A stretch of DNA of 42,161 nucleotides from a virus (lineage: Duplodnaviria > Caudoviricetes): the IMG/VR virus record IMGVR_UViG_3300028585_000518, positions 1-42,161 of that record; one strand, given 5' to 3'. This document shows positions 7,684 through 17,299 of the stretch, in pieces. The position numbers and the translations under genes are program-made. Position 1 is the stretch's first letter. The number at the start of each line of letters is the position of its first letter. The notes under the pieces were generated by a model, which did no database searches, was not told the DNA's origin, and worked only from the letters and a program-made list of their open reading frames with translations.

Positions 7684-9851
7684 GTGACCTGCAAGAGCTG
7701 GAGAAGCTCGTCTTTGCAATCCCCCACGGGACCACGGCGCGATCCTCCGCAGAAGCATACCTCCGGGGCCTGAAAGACGGCCTCTTCAAGAACCTTCTGT
7801 TCGACCTCGAAAGCAACGGTCTACTCCATCAGATGGACCGCCTCCACTGTCTGGTCATCCAAGACCTCGACACGGATCAGTTCTTCGAGTTCGCTGACCA
7901 ACCGGGCTATGTGCCCATCGCCATCGGCATCGCTATGCTGAACGCGGCGGAAATGCTGGTCGGCCACAACATCATCAAGTTCGACGTTCCTGCGATCCAG
8001 CTCATCTACCCGAGCTTCAAACCCAAGGGACGCCTTCTCGACACCCTCGTCCTCGCCCGCCTGTTCTGGCCTGACCTGAACGGCTCCGATGAGGCGCTGG
8101 TGAAGCGCAAGAAGATGCCCCCGAAGATGCGGGGCCGCTACTCGCTGGAGTCCTTCGGCTTCCGTCTGGACTGCAACAAGGGCGACTACTCCGAGATCAT
8201 GAAAGCCAAGGGTCTTGACCCGTGGGCCGAGTGGAACCCGGAGATGCAAGCATACAACGTCCAAGACGTGGTGGTGAACCGCAAGGTCTACGATTACGCC
8301 ATGAAGTGCTGGCGCGGCGAAGACCAAAAGGGCTGGTCCGTCCCCTACTCCGACCGCTCCGTGTGGCTGGAGATGGACGTTCAAGTCATCCTCGCCCGGC
8401 AAGAACGCTGGGGCTTTGGGTTCAACGTCAAGGCTGCCGAGGAGCTCTATGTGGAGCTCGTCAAGAAGCGCGAAACGCTGGGCGCAAAGATCGCAGAATC
8501 GTTCGAGTCGTGGTGGGCCCCTGACGGGCCTGTCGTGGTCCCCAAGTCACCCCGCGCGGTGCAGCGAAAGGACTTCACGCCCATCGGGCAGAAGGTCAAG
8601 AAGAACGGCGACGTGGAGCTCCTCTATCCGAAGGAGCACTACAGCCCGGACGCACCCTACACGAAGATCAAACGGGTGGAGTTCAACCCCAACTCGGGGC
8701 ACCACATCGAGAACCGCCTTCGCACCAAATACAACTGGGAACCCGTGGAGTTCACGCCCAGCGGTCAAGCGAAGACGGACGAGAAGACCCTCGCCCTCCT
8801 GCCCTATCCCGAAGCCTCCGTCCTCACCGAGTATATGACCATCGCCAAGCGCATCGGTCAGCTCGCAGAGGGCAAGCAAGCGTGGCTCAAGAAGGAGCAA
8901 AAGGGGCGCATCCACGGCACCGTGACGACCCTCGGGGCAGTCACCCGCCGCATGACCCATAGCAACCCCAACCTGAACGTCCCGAAGGTCAAGAAAGGTG
9001 ATGACGGGAATATCCTCCTAATGGAGGCCGGGGGTTATGGGGCCGAGTGCCGGGCGCTGTTCACCAGCACCGCTGGGTGGGTCCTCGTGGGCTGTGACGC
9101 GGACGCCTTGGAGCTCCGTTGTCTGGCTGGATATATGTTCGCCTACGACAAGGGCGAGTATATCGACACAGTGCTCTCGGGCGAGAAGTCCAAGGGCACT
9201 GACATGCACTCGGTCAACTGTCGGGCCCTCGGGCTGGACCCCAAGAAGACCTACCTCGTCGCTGGCAAGATGATCCCCGGTCGGGACATTGCCAAGACGT
9301 GGTTCTATGCGTTCATCTACGGCTCCGGGGACCACAACCTCGGTCAGATCATGGGCGTCACCGGGTCCGCTCGGGCCATCACCGACGCTGGCAAGAAGTC
9401 CCGCAACGACTTCCTGACGGGCCTCCCCGCGCTCGGCAAGCTCACGCAAGCCGTTGTGGATCGGGCCTTTGGGGTCAAGGACAAGAAGACCAAGCAATGG
9501 AAGAAGCCGCCCCGTGGGTTCCTCGTGGGACTGGACGGCGGCAAGATCAAAGTGCGCCATCGCCATGCGGCCCTGAACACGCTCCTCCAGAGCGCAGGGG
9601 CGATCATCATGAAGATGGCCCTCGTGATCCTCGACAAGGCCCTACAGGCCCAGGGTTTGGTTCCCGGCGAGGATTATGAGTTCTGCGCCAACGTCCATGA
9701 CGAATGGCAGATCGACGTTCGACCGGACCACGCCGAGACGGTGATGGCGCTGGCCGAATGGTCCATCAAAGAGGCGGGCGTCGAGCTTAACTTCGGCTGC
9801 CCCCTAGCTGGAAATGCGGATCGTGGCTTCAACTGGCGCGACACGCACTAA
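7680..9851 (+). CDS. DNA polymerase family A (gp5-like) with 3'-5' exonuclease
   Basis: FDLESNG, GHNIIKFD, DADALELR, KTWFYAFIYG, LNTLLQSAGA, VHDE. Confidence 0.98.
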   Translation: MSDLQELEKLVFAIPHGTTARSSAEAYLRGLKDGLFKNLLFDLESNGLLHQMDRLHCLVIQDLDTDQFFEFADQPGYVPIAIGIAMLNAAEMLVGHNIIKFDVPAIQLIYPSFKPKGRLLDTLVLARLFWPDLNGSDEALVKRKKMPPKMRGRYSLESFGFRLDCNKGDYSEIMKAKGLDPWAEWNPEMQAYNVQDVVVNRKVYDYAMKCWRGEDQKGWSVPYSDRSVWLEMDVQVILARQERWGFGFNVKAAEELYVELVKKRETLGAKIAESFESWWAPDGPVVVPKSPRAVQRKDFTPIGQKVKKNGDVELLYPKEHYSPDAPYTKIKRVEFNPNSGHHIENRLRTKYNWEPVEFTPSGQAKTDEKTLALLPYPEASVLTEYMTIAKRIGQLAEGKQAWLKKEQKGRIHGTVTTLGAVTRRMTHSNPNLNVPKVKKGDDGNILLMEAGGYGAECRALFTSTAGWVLVGCDADALELRCLAGYMFAYDKGEYIDTVLSGEKSKGTDMHSVNCRALGLDPKKTYLVAGKMIPGRDIAKTWFYAFIYGSGDHNLGQIMGVTGSARAITDAGKKSRNDFLTGLPALGKLTQAVVDRAFGVKDKKTKQWKKPPRGFLVGLDGGKIKVRHRHAALNTLLQSAGAIIMKMALVILDKALQAQGLVPGEDYEFCANVHDEWQIDVRPDHAETVMALAEWSIKEAGVELNFGCPLAGNADRGFNWRDTH

Positions 9852-10161
9852 GGGCGAACGGCGGAACCACGGCGGGGGGTCCCTCTACGTCATCACCAAC
9901 CCGGCATGGCCCGGCTATGTGAAGATGGGACGGACCACCAACGCCGCCTCCCGGTTCCGCACTTACCAAACCGCCTCCCCGCACCGGGACTATCGGCTCT
10001 TCTACTCCCGATGGTTCCCTGATGTTTGCCGGGCAGAGCGCACCCTCCGAACCCTTTATCGCGGCCATGTGGTCAACGGCGAGTGGCACCTTCTGCACCC
10101 AGAGGATGCCGCCAACCTGATCGACATGACCGCCGAACAACTCACCAAGGAAGACACATGA
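9814..10161 (+). CDS. GIY-YIG / T5orf172-like nuclease-domain protein
   Basis: LYVITNPAWPGYVKMGRT...R..TYQT.SP...GEW; start uncertain. Confidence 0.75.
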   Translation: MRIVASTGATRTKGERRNHGGGSLYVITNPAWPGYVKMGRTTNAASRFRTYQTASPHRDYRLFYSRWFPDVCRAERTLRTLYRGHVVNGEWHLLHPEDAANLIDMTAEQLTKEDT

Positions 10162-10355
10162 GCGTCATCGACACCGCTGACGGCGGGAAACTCGTCACGA
10201 TCACCAAGGAGGCCCATGAGCGGCTTCTGCGGCAGTCCGAGAAACTGTCCGCCCTTGAGGCTGGCGGCGTGGACAACTGGGAATGGTATTACGAGTCCCT
10301 CCGGGGATTTTATGCCGAGGAAGACGAAGACGAAGGGCTGATTGACGAAGCATGA
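10158..10355 (+). CDS. Acidic small protein at the gp5.9 position (RecBCD-inhibitor-annotated family)
   Basis: LEAGGVDNWEWY motif and acidic tail; lies between polymerase and exonuclease. Confidence 0.6.
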   Translation: MSVIDTADGGKLVTITKEAHERLLRQSEKLSALEAGGVDNWEWYYESLRGFYAEEDEDEGLIDEA

Positions 10356-11185
10356 AGCGCGTCCTGCTTCTCGACGGTGACATGGTGGCCTATCGGGTCG
10401 CCGCCGCCGAAGAGAAATCCATCGACTTCGGAGAGGGCCAATTCGTCCTCACCGCCGACGCCGAGAGTGGAGCCCAGAACCTCGACCTGATGGTCGCTGG
10501 GTGGGTGGAGAAGCTGGAGGCTGACCTCGTGGTCATGACCTTCACCGACGACACCAACTACCGCAAGACGGTCATGCCCTCTTACAAATCCAACCGGGAT
10601 GGCGTCCGCCGCCCCCTGATCCTCAAGGCAATGCGGGAGTATTGCATCGAGAACTACGAATGGAAGATCGTCCCCACGCTGGAAGCCGATGACGTGCTCG
10701 GCATCATGGCAACCCACAAGGGCATCCATAAGGGCGACGAAAAGATCATCGTGACGTGGGACAAGGACCTCCGCACAGTCCCCGGACTGCACTGGAACCC
10801 CACCAACGACGCCGACCGTGGCCCCGTGACCGTCTCCAAGAAGGAAGCGGACAACACGTTCTACGCCCAAATCCTCTCCGGGGATGCCGTCGATGGCTAT
10901 CCGGGATGCCCCGGCATCGGGAAGAAGCGGGCAGAGCAGATCGTGAATGGCCGGGTCCTCACCTATCCGCACCAAGAGGAGATCAAGCGGGGCCCCAACA
11001 AGGGCACCATGCGGACCACTTGGAAAACCACCACCAATCCCGACCCGTGGGCTTGCGTGGTCGCACAATACGAGAAGGCGGGGCTGACCGAAGAGGACGC
11101 CCTCCAGACCGCCCGTGTGGCCCGCATCCTGCGCGTCGAGGATTACGACTTCAAAGCAAAGGAACCCATCCTGTGGCAACCCTGA
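10352..11185 (+). CDS. 5'-3' exonuclease (gp6-like)
   Basis: LLDGD, YKSNR, LEADD, DKDL, GDAVDGYPGCPGIG. Confidence 0.96.
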   Translation: MKRVLLLDGDMVAYRVAAAEEKSIDFGEGQFVLTADAESGAQNLDLMVAGWVEKLEADLVVMTFTDDTNYRKTVMPSYKSNRDGVRRPLILKAMREYCIENYEWKIVPTLEADDVLGIMATHKGIHKGDEKIIVTWDKDLRTVPGLHWNPTNDADRGPVTVSKKEADNTFYAQILSGDAVDGYPGCPGIGKKRAEQIVNGRVLTYPHQEEIKRGPNKGTMRTTWKTTTNPDPWACVVAQYEKAGLTEEDALQTARVARILRVEDYDFKAKEPILWQP

Positions 11186-11274
11186 TCGCCCTCGGAGTGC
11201 TCGCCTTCTTCGTGGCCCTCGGGGCTGCGTGGTTCGTGATCCTCCTCGAAATCGTCAAGGGCTTCCGTGACTGA
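11173..11274 (+). CDS. 33-aa membrane microprotein
   Basis: GTG start after AAGGA; one hydrophobic helix. Confidence 0.5.
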   Translation: MATLIALGVLAFFVALGAAWFVILLEIVKGFRD

Positions 11275-11668
11275 ACCCGCGAAGTCCTGCACCAACTGCG
11301 CCCATGTCAGCTCTCGTCGGTGCCCTGTGGGGTGTGCCCTGTTCTCCCGGTGGGAGTATGCGGGCGACCCGGAGCCCAACCCAGTGATCGCCCCCGCGCC
11401 TCGCCGGGTGATCCTCCCGAAGTCCGAACCCACCGCCAAGATCAAGTCCTCGGGCGGCTCCTCGAAATACTATGCGATCCCCGAGGACGCCAAGGACCTG
11501 CAAGACCTGATCGAGGTGAAGGAGATGAGCTTTGCACGGGGCAACCTGTTCAAGGCCCTCTACCGCCTCGGGGTCAAAGACGGGACGGACGTGGGCTATG
11601 ACCTGAACAAGCTCCAATGGTTCCTCGACAGGCTCAAGCAGATGCACGAGCGGGGTCAACGTCTGTGA
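11267..11668 (+). CDS. DUF3310 / gp1.7-like protein with Cys-rich N-terminus
   Basis: GGSSKYY...DLIE...F..GN.FKA.YR.G.K....DL.K..WF. Confidence 0.65.
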   Translation: MTEPAKSCTNCAHVSSRRCPVGCALFSRWEYAGDPEPNPVIAPAPRRVILPKSEPTAKIKSSGGSSKYYAIPEDAKDLQDLIEVKEMSFARGNLFKALYRLGVKDGTDVGYDLNKLQWFLDRLKQMHERGQRL

Positions 11669-11853
11669 ATGACTACAGAGCTGGCCCACCTCCTCTGGAC
11701 GCTGCGACAGTTGCTTTTGCTCTACAGGTGGCCCCGGCGAAGTGCCCGAACCCAGCGGACCCCGAAAGGGAAATCTGGATGAAGGCCGGGGAGCACCGCC
11801 TTGCGACCAAGCTCCAGAACCTCCTCAAACAACAGGAAATCGACAGTGTGTAA
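11665..11853 (+). CDS. Small conserved T7-like protein upstream of the head genes
   Basis: P.KCP....EREIWMKAGE pattern; GTGA coupling. Confidence 0.65.
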   Translation: MNDYRAGPPPLDAATVAFALQVAPAKCPNPADPEREIWMKAGEHRLATKLQNLLKQQEIDSV

Positions 11854-12037
11854 AACACCCAAGATGCCCGAGGTGAAAGCCTCGATCCCCACCGCGCCCC
11901 AGATGGTCGAAGCACCCCCGGAGCCCGTGGAAGTGGCGAAGGACACCCAGTCCAAGCTCAAGCGGAACCGGAATCCCCTTCGCATCGACCTCGCCGCTGG
12001 CGGGGGTGGTGGGGCCGTCTCCGGCGTCAATATCTAA
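11846..12037 (+). CDS. Virion-associated protein (gp7.3-like)
   Basis: Starts MC, Pro-rich, ends LRIDL...GVNI; directly before portal. Confidence 0.7.
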   Translation: MCKTPKMPEVKASIPTAPQMVEAPPEPVEVAKDTQSKLKRNRNPLRIDLAAGGGGGAVSGVNI

Positions 12038-12041
12038 CTAG

Positions 12042-13607
12042 ATGGCAGGAACCGCCGCCACGCGCTACACCGCTCTGGAAAGCGCCCGGCAACCGTTTCT
12101 CGACCGGGGGAGAGAGTGCGCCAAGCTCACGATCCCCTCGCTCCTGCCCGATGACGGTGCTTCTGGCACCACACGTTTCACAACCCCTGAACAATCCCTT
12201 GGCGCTCGCGGCCTGAACAACGTCTCCGCGAAGCTGCTGATGGCCCTCTTCCCGCCCAACGCCCCCTTCCTCAAGATGGAGGTGGACGACCTGACCGCCG
12301 CCGAGATGACGGGCCAGCAAGGGCTCAAGGATCAGATCGACAAGGCGTTCTCCCAATTCGTGCGCCGGATCATGACGGACGTGGAAGCCCGCGCCCTCCG
12401 CGCCGACCTCTACGAAGCGTTCAGGCTCCTCGTCTCGACGGGCAACGCGACCCTCTATGTCCCCGAAGACGGGCGTGGGCGGGTCTACCGTCTGGACCGC
12501 TACGTCTCCCGGCGTGACCCTGCTGGCAACCTGCTGGAGTGGGTCGCAAAGGAACCGATCGCTCGCGCATCGCTCCCCGAGGAAACCCGCAACGCCATCC
12601 CGGTGAACCCCGAGGCCCCCAAGCCTGTGTCCGTGGGTGGCATCCAAGTGGAAGCCTCCGACGAGATAGTTGACCTCTACACCCACATCGTCCGCAACGC
12701 GGAGGGGACCTTCGATATTTATCAGGAGGTCGAAGGGGAGATCATCAGCGGCTCCGAGGGCACCTATCTTAGCGACACCCTGCCCTTCCTCGTGCTCCGC
12801 TACAACAAGGTGGACGGCGAGGACTATGGCCGGGGCCTGATCGAGGAGTATCTGGGCGATCTGGCGCACCTCGAAAGCCTCTCGAAGGCGATCCGGGAGT
12901 TCGTCGCCATTGCGTCCCGCGTCATCCCCCTCATCAACCCCAACGGCAGCGTCCGCGCGACCGACCTGACGAAGGCCAAGAACGGGGAGCCGATCATCGG
13001 CAACAAGGAGGACGTGACGTTCCTCCAGATCGAACGCTACAACGACTTCCGGGTCGCCAAGGAGATGATTAACGAGCTGACCAATCGGCTCTCCTATGCG
13101 TTCCTCATGAACACCGCCATCCAGCGCCCCGGCGAGCGGGTGACGGCAGAGGAAATCAGGTTCATGGCGCGGGAGCTCGAAGACACCCTCGGGGGCACCT
13201 ACTCGGTGCAATCGGTGGACCTCCAGCTCCCCCTCGCCAAGGTCCTGATCGCGCACCTTGAGGCCCGCAAATCGCTGCCCGAGCTGCCGAAGAACGTGGC
13301 CTCCCCCAAGGTTGTCACGGGCATGGACGCGCTGGGTCGCGGCAACGACCTGTCGAACCTCCTCCAATGGAAATCCCTCATCATGGACACGCCAGCAATG
13401 GGCCGGGTCAAATGGGACAACTTCGCCCAGCGGACGGCCAACGGCCTGAACGTGGAGACGGAGGGTCTGGTGATGACCGAGGAAGAGTGGTCCGCTGCAC
13501 AGCAACAGGCTCAAATGCAACAGATGGTCGAGAAGCTCGGCCCGAACGCCGTCAACCAACTTGGCGGCATGGCACAGAAAACAATGGAGACACCCCAAGG
13601 TGGCTAA
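12042..13607 (+). CDS. Portal / head-tail connector (gp8-like)
   Basis: QSLGARGLNN, GEDYGRG, ERVTAEEIR, ELEDTLGGTYS, GMDALGR. Confidence 0.98.
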   Translation: MAGTAATRYTALESARQPFLDRGRECAKLTIPSLLPDDGASGTTRFTTPEQSLGARGLNNVSAKLLMALFPPNAPFLKMEVDDLTAAEMTGQQGLKDQIDKAFSQFVRRIMTDVEARALRADLYEAFRLLVSTGNATLYVPEDGRGRVYRLDRYVSRRDPAGNLLEWVAKEPIARASLPEETRNAIPVNPEAPKPVSVGGIQVEASDEIVDLYTHIVRNAEGTFDIYQEVEGEIISGSEGTYLSDTLPFLVLRYNKVDGEDYGRGLIEEYLGDLAHLESLSKAIREFVAIASRVIPLINPNGSVRATDLTKAKNGEPIIGNKEDVTFLQIERYNDFRVAKEMINELTNRLSYAFLMNTAIQRPGERVTAEEIRFMARELEDTLGGTYSVQSVDLQLPLAKVLIAHLEARKSLPELPKNVASPKVVTGMDALGRGNDLSNLLQWKSLIMDTPAMGRVKWDNFAQRTANGLNVETEGLVMTEEEWSAAQQQAQMQQMVEKLGPNAVNQLGGMAQKTMETPQGG

Positions 13608-13767
13608 CCTGAACGTGGGGACACGATCCCGCAAGAAAGACGCGGAGGCCGCTAAGGCCCTCGCAGACGACGCCGCGAACCAAGGCGCTCGCATCGAAGA
13701 AATTGAAGGCGGCAAGGTGGCGATCACCACCGCTTTCGGACTGACCATCAGCACAAGGATCGAATGA
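13600..13767 (+). CDS. Small hypothetical protein
   Basis: GGAG RBS, GTG 13600; between portal and scaffold. Confidence 0.6.
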   Translation: MANLNVGTRSRKKDAEAAKALADDAANQGARIEEIEGGKVAITTAFGLTISTRIE

Positions 13768-13768
13768 C

Positions 13769-14542
13769 ATGGCCGACGCAATCGAAGTGAACATCGTGCA
13801 ACCCGAGACGGGCGCAGAGGCCCCCGTGGTCCTGTCTTCGACGCCCCGCCCGGCGAACGTCCCGGAGCAATTCTGGGACCCCGTGAAGGGCGAGACGAAG
13901 ATGGACGAGCTGCTGGCCTCCATCGTGGACAAGCCCGCTGACGCCCCCGCTGACGAGGCCCCCAAGGGCAACGAAGAGGCACCCAAGGAGGGCGACGAAG
14001 AGGCCCCCAAGGTCGAAGACGAACAGGCCGACGAGCTGGCCGAAGCGGCTGGCATCGACATTGCCGCCGTGGAAGCGACGTTCCTTGAGTCCGGGGAGAT
14101 CGGGGAAGACACCTATGAGAAGGCCGCGAAGATCGGCATCTCGAAGGAGATGGTGGACGAGTTCGTTCAGTATCGTGTCACCCAAGCGGACCTGATGCGC
14201 GACGAGATGCTGAAACCCTATGGGGGCCTTGAGGCCGTCACTGGGATGACCGAGTGGGCTGGCAAGAACTGGACCCCGGAACAGGCCAATGCCTTCAACG
14301 AGGCCGTGGGCTCCGGCGACAAGGGCCGTGTTGAGCTGGCCGTTCGGGCTCTGAAAGCCGACTTCGACAAGAAGAACGGCGTGAAGCCGAAGCTGCTGAC
14401 CCCGGCTGGCGGCTCCAGCAACGCGGGGGGCGTCTTCAACTCCCTCCAAGAGATGATGGCAGCCCAGCAAGACCCACGCTACGCCAAGGACCCCGCCTAC
14501 CGGGCCGAGGTCGCAGCGAAACTCCGTCGATCCAAAATCTGA
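13769..14542 (+). CDS. Capsid scaffolding protein (gp9-like)
   Basis: Acidic; C-terminal DPRYAKDPAYRAEVAAKL motif. Confidence 0.93.
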   Translation: MADAIEVNIVQPETGAEAPVVLSSTPRPANVPEQFWDPVKGETKMDELLASIVDKPADAPADEAPKGNEEAPKEGDEEAPKVEDEQADELAEAAGIDIAAVEATFLESGEIGEDTYEKAAKIGISKEMVDEFVQYRVTQADLMRDEMLKPYGGLEAVTGMTEWAGKNWTPEQANAFNEAVGSGDKGRVELAVRALKADFDKKNGVKPKLLTPAGGSSNAGGVFNSLQEMMAAQQDPRYAKDPAYRAEVAAKLRRSKI

Positions 14543-14548
14543 TCGGCA

Positions 14549-14566
14549 ATTACCCCACCGTTTAGG
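14549..14566 (+). promoter_or_regulatory. Phage RNAP promoter, copy 2 (lysis and capsid genes), +1 G14565
   Basis: Exact ATTACCCCACCGTTTAGG. Confidence 0.9.
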
Positions 14567-14590
14567 ACGAACTAACCAAAGGATTCCCCA

Positions 14591-15115
14591 ATGTTCCGTA
14601 AGACGCTAGGCGTCCTCGGGCTGTTCGGGGGTGCTGCCACCGCTGGCTTCCTCGCTCTCACCACGACCGGGCTCCTCCAATCCGAGGACCTCCGAACGAA
14701 AGCCTATCGTGACCCCGTTGGGATTCCCACGGTATGCGTCGGTGAGACGAAGGGGGTCCGCATGGGCGACACCCACACGCGGCAAGAGTGCCTCGATATG
14801 CTACAGGACCGGATTGTCCAATTCGACAAAGAGCTAGGCCGCTGCATCCACGTCAAGGTCCCCGAAGAGACACGCTCTGCGATTGTCCAATGGGGCTATA
14901 ACGTGGGCGTCGGGGCCGCTTGCAAGTCCACGCTGGTCCGCAAGCTGAACGCAGGTGACACCGAGGGGGCATGTAATGAACTGCCCCGTTGGGTCTACGC
15001 CACCCAGACCTCGAAGATAGCAGGAAAGACCGTGCGAAAGCGGATCACCCTGCCCGGTCTGGTCACACGTCGCCAGCACGAACGAAATCTTTGCCTAGCT
15101 GGGATCGGTAAGTGA
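14591..15115 (+). CDS. Endolysin, GH24 lysozyme with probable SAR N-terminus
   Basis: E-x8-D-x5-T triad (EDLRTKAYRDPVGIPT), YNVG, GLVTRR; Gly/Ala-rich weakly hydrophobic N-terminus. Confidence 0.92.
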   Translation: MFRKTLGVLGLFGGAATAGFLALTTTGLLQSEDLRTKAYRDPVGIPTVCVGETKGVRMGDTHTRQECLDMLQDRIVQFDKELGRCIHVKVPEETRSAIVQWGYNVGVGAACKSTLVRKLNAGDTEGACNELPRWVYATQTSKIAGKTVRKRITLPGLVTRRQHERNLCLAGIGK

Positions 15116-15423
15116 GCCGACTCGCTACTGCCATCATCGCGGTCCTCGTGATCGCGGTCGCTGGGCAATGGGTTATGAACGCCCGCCTCACTGCAAACCT
15201 CTCCATGTCCAACGAGGAGAACGCCTCCCTACGCCTGTCCATCACGCGAACCAATGAGGCCCTTGAGGTCTACCAAGAGTCCCACTCACGGGACACCCTG
15301 ACCCTCCATGCACTCGACGCCAAGATCAAGGAGCTGAACGCCTATGCTGCGTCCCTACCTGACGGGGCCGCTCGGTGCCTGTCTTCTGATGATACTGTCC
15401 GGTTGCGCGGGCTCTGGGACTAA
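15112..15423 (+). CDS. i-spanin (Rz-like)
   Basis: N-terminal TM plus coiled coil, follows endolysin. Confidence 0.8.
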   Translation: MSRLATAIIAVLVIAVAGQWVMNARLTANLSMSNEENASLRLSITRTNEALEVYQESHSRDTLTLHALDAKIKELNAYAASLPDGAARCLSSDDTVRLRGLWD

Positions 15424-15610
15424 CCCCACCGCGCTGCCTCCCGTCCCGGCGGACCTCAAGGTCTGCTTCGACACAACTTCTACAGCCCCCCAAGAGGGCA
15501 TCCTGACGAAAGCCGAAGTCATCCGCCTGATCGCGGAGCTGCGGCGTTCGGAGGTCGAGAAGAGCCTCTGTGGCAAACGCCTGATCGCCTTCTACGAAAC
15601 CTTCATCTGA
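15344..15610 (+). CDS. o-spanin (Rz1-like lipoprotein)
   Basis: Lipobox LSGC, Pro-rich, overlaps Rz in another frame. Confidence 0.8.
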   Translation: MLRPYLTGPLGACLLMILSGCAGSGTNPTALPPVPADLKVCFDTTSTAPQEGILTKAEVIRLIAELRRSEVEKSLCGKRLIAFYETFI

Positions 15611-15730
15611 CCCGTTCCCAGTTCCCTGCCTGACCCAAAGAGGCTCGCAGGTTCGCGCCGGGACACACCCCCATCCAGCCCCCGTGCATGACGCGCGAGG
15701 GGCCCCAATTCATTTCCTAAAGGAATACCT

Positions 15731-16675
15731 ATGGCCGATCTTAACGTCTCCCGCTCGGGTCAAATCCAACTGTCCGGCGAAGACCGCGCACTCTACATGA
15801 AAATGTATGCGGGCGAGGTCATCAACACCTTCAACGCCCGTTGCGTCTTCCAAGACAAGCACGTCACCCGCACCATCGCCTCGGGCAAGTCCGCCCAATT
15901 CCCGGCGACTGGCAAAACCACGGCGAAATACCACACGCCGGGCACCCAGCTCACGGGTCAGAAGGTCGCCCACAACGAGAAGATCATCACGATTGACGAT
16001 CTGCTCCTGTCCGACATCATGCTGGCCGACATTGACGAAGCCATGTCCCACTTCGACGTGCGCTCGGAATACTCGAAGCAACAGGGCGAAGCTCTGGCCG
16101 TCGCCTTCGACAAGAACGTGGCCCGCGTGAACGTGCTGAACGCCCGTGACGCTGCCGTCATCGCTGGTCTGCCGGGTGGTTCGACCATCAAAGGCGGCGT
16201 GAACGTCCGCACCGACGCGGCCCTCATCTCCAAGGCGCTGTTCGCGGCTGCCATGACCTTCGACGAGAAGGACATTCCCGAGTCCGACCGCTTCGCCTAC
16301 ATGCGCCCCGTCAGCTTCTATGCTGCGGCTGCGTCCACCGACCTCCTGAACAAGGACTGGGGCGGCACGGGCTCCATCGCCAAAGGCACCATCGAGACGC
16401 TCGCGGGCATCTCCCTCGTGAAGTCGAACCACGTCCCGAACACGGACGAGTCGGCTGCTGACTCCGTTCGCGTGAAATACCGTGGCGACTTCTCGAAGAC
16501 GGCGATGGTCATCTCGCACCGCTCCGCCGTGGGCACCGTGAAGCTGATGGACCTGTCCATGCAGTCTGAATACCTGACGCTGTTCCAAGCGTCCCTGCTG
16601 GTCGCCCGCTATGCAGTCGGCCACGGCGGTCTGCGCCCCGAGTGCTCCATCGAAGTCGCCGCTGTTGCAGCATAA
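15731..16675 (+). CDS. Major capsid protein (gp10-like)
   Basis: RTIASGKSAQFP, ITIDDLL, DVRSEYS, GHGGLRPE. Confidence 0.98.
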   Translation: MADLNVSRSGQIQLSGEDRALYMKMYAGEVINTFNARCVFQDKHVTRTIASGKSAQFPATGKTTAKYHTPGTQLTGQKVAHNEKIITIDDLLLSDIMLADIDEAMSHFDVRSEYSKQQGEALAVAFDKNVARVNVLNARDAAVIAGLPGGSTIKGGVNVRTDAALISKALFAAAMTFDEKDIPESDRFAYMRPVSFYAAAASTDLLNKDWGGTGSIAKGTIETLAGISLVKSNHVPNTDESAADSVRVKYRGDFSKTAMVISHRSAVGTVKLMDLSMQSEYLTLFQASLLVARYAVGHGGLRPECSIEVAAVAA

Positions 16676-16684
16676 TTGAAACCC

Positions 16685-16721
16685 ATGCCGGGGGCCCTTC
16701 GGGGTCCTCGGTATTTTTTTT
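16685..16721 (+). terminator. T-phi-like terminator after capsid gene
   Basis: 13-bp stem with G-U pairs, TTCG loop and T8 run. Confidence 0.9.
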
Positions 16722-16732
16722 AGGGCCACCCT

Positions 16733-17299
16733 ATGATCCCAAACGGACCCGCAGACGAGCTCTCTGCGGTCAACGAAATGCTTGCCGCCGTGGGGCAGGA
16801 CCCGGTGGGCAGTCTCGAAATGCTCCCGCCAGACGGCAACACGGCCCTCTTCGTGCTCCAGACGACAGCCCGAGACTTCCAAGAGGAGGGCTTCTGGTTC
16901 AACCGCGAGGCGGACTATGAGCTGAAACCTGACGCGGAGGGGCGGATCACGATCCCGTCCTCCATCCTGTCCATCGACGGCATGGAAGCGGACGTGGTGG
17001 AACGCTGGCCGTATCTCTACGACCGCGCCAACAAGACCCACATATTCACCGCTCCCGTCCTCTGTGACGGAATCTTCCACCGGACATGGGATCGCATCCC
17101 CCACGCAGCCCGGCGCTACATCACGGCACTTGCCATCGAGAAGTTCGTGGATGGGTTCCCCGGCGCACAGGCCGTCACCGAAGCCCGCGAGAGGAACCTC
17201 CTCCGCGCCAAGGTGGCCTTTGAGAGGGCCGTGATCCGCAACGAGGACCTGAACCTCCTGAACAACGACACCATCGCAACACTCGCACGGAGAAGCTAA
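16733..17299 (+). CDS. Tail tubular protein A (gp11-like)
   Basis: ELSAVNEML..VG..PV, EGFWFNRE, LYDR; synteny. Confidence 0.92.
   Translation: MIPNGPADELSAVNEMLAAVGQDPVGSLEMLPPDGNTALFVLQTTARDFQEEGFWFNREADYELKPDAEGRITIPSSILSIDGMEADVVERWPYLYDRANKTHIFTAPVLCDGIFHRTWDRIPHAARRYITALAIEKFVDGFPGAQAVTEARERNLLRAKVAFERAVIRNEDLNLLNNDTIATLARRS

Noticed and set aside
15421-15431. Partial promoter match TAACCCCACCG
   Set aside because: Lacks TTTAGG and lies inside the spanin genes
16640-16721. T7 gp10B-type frameshift extension
   Set aside because: No slippery site seen, and the terminator follows the stop almost immediately
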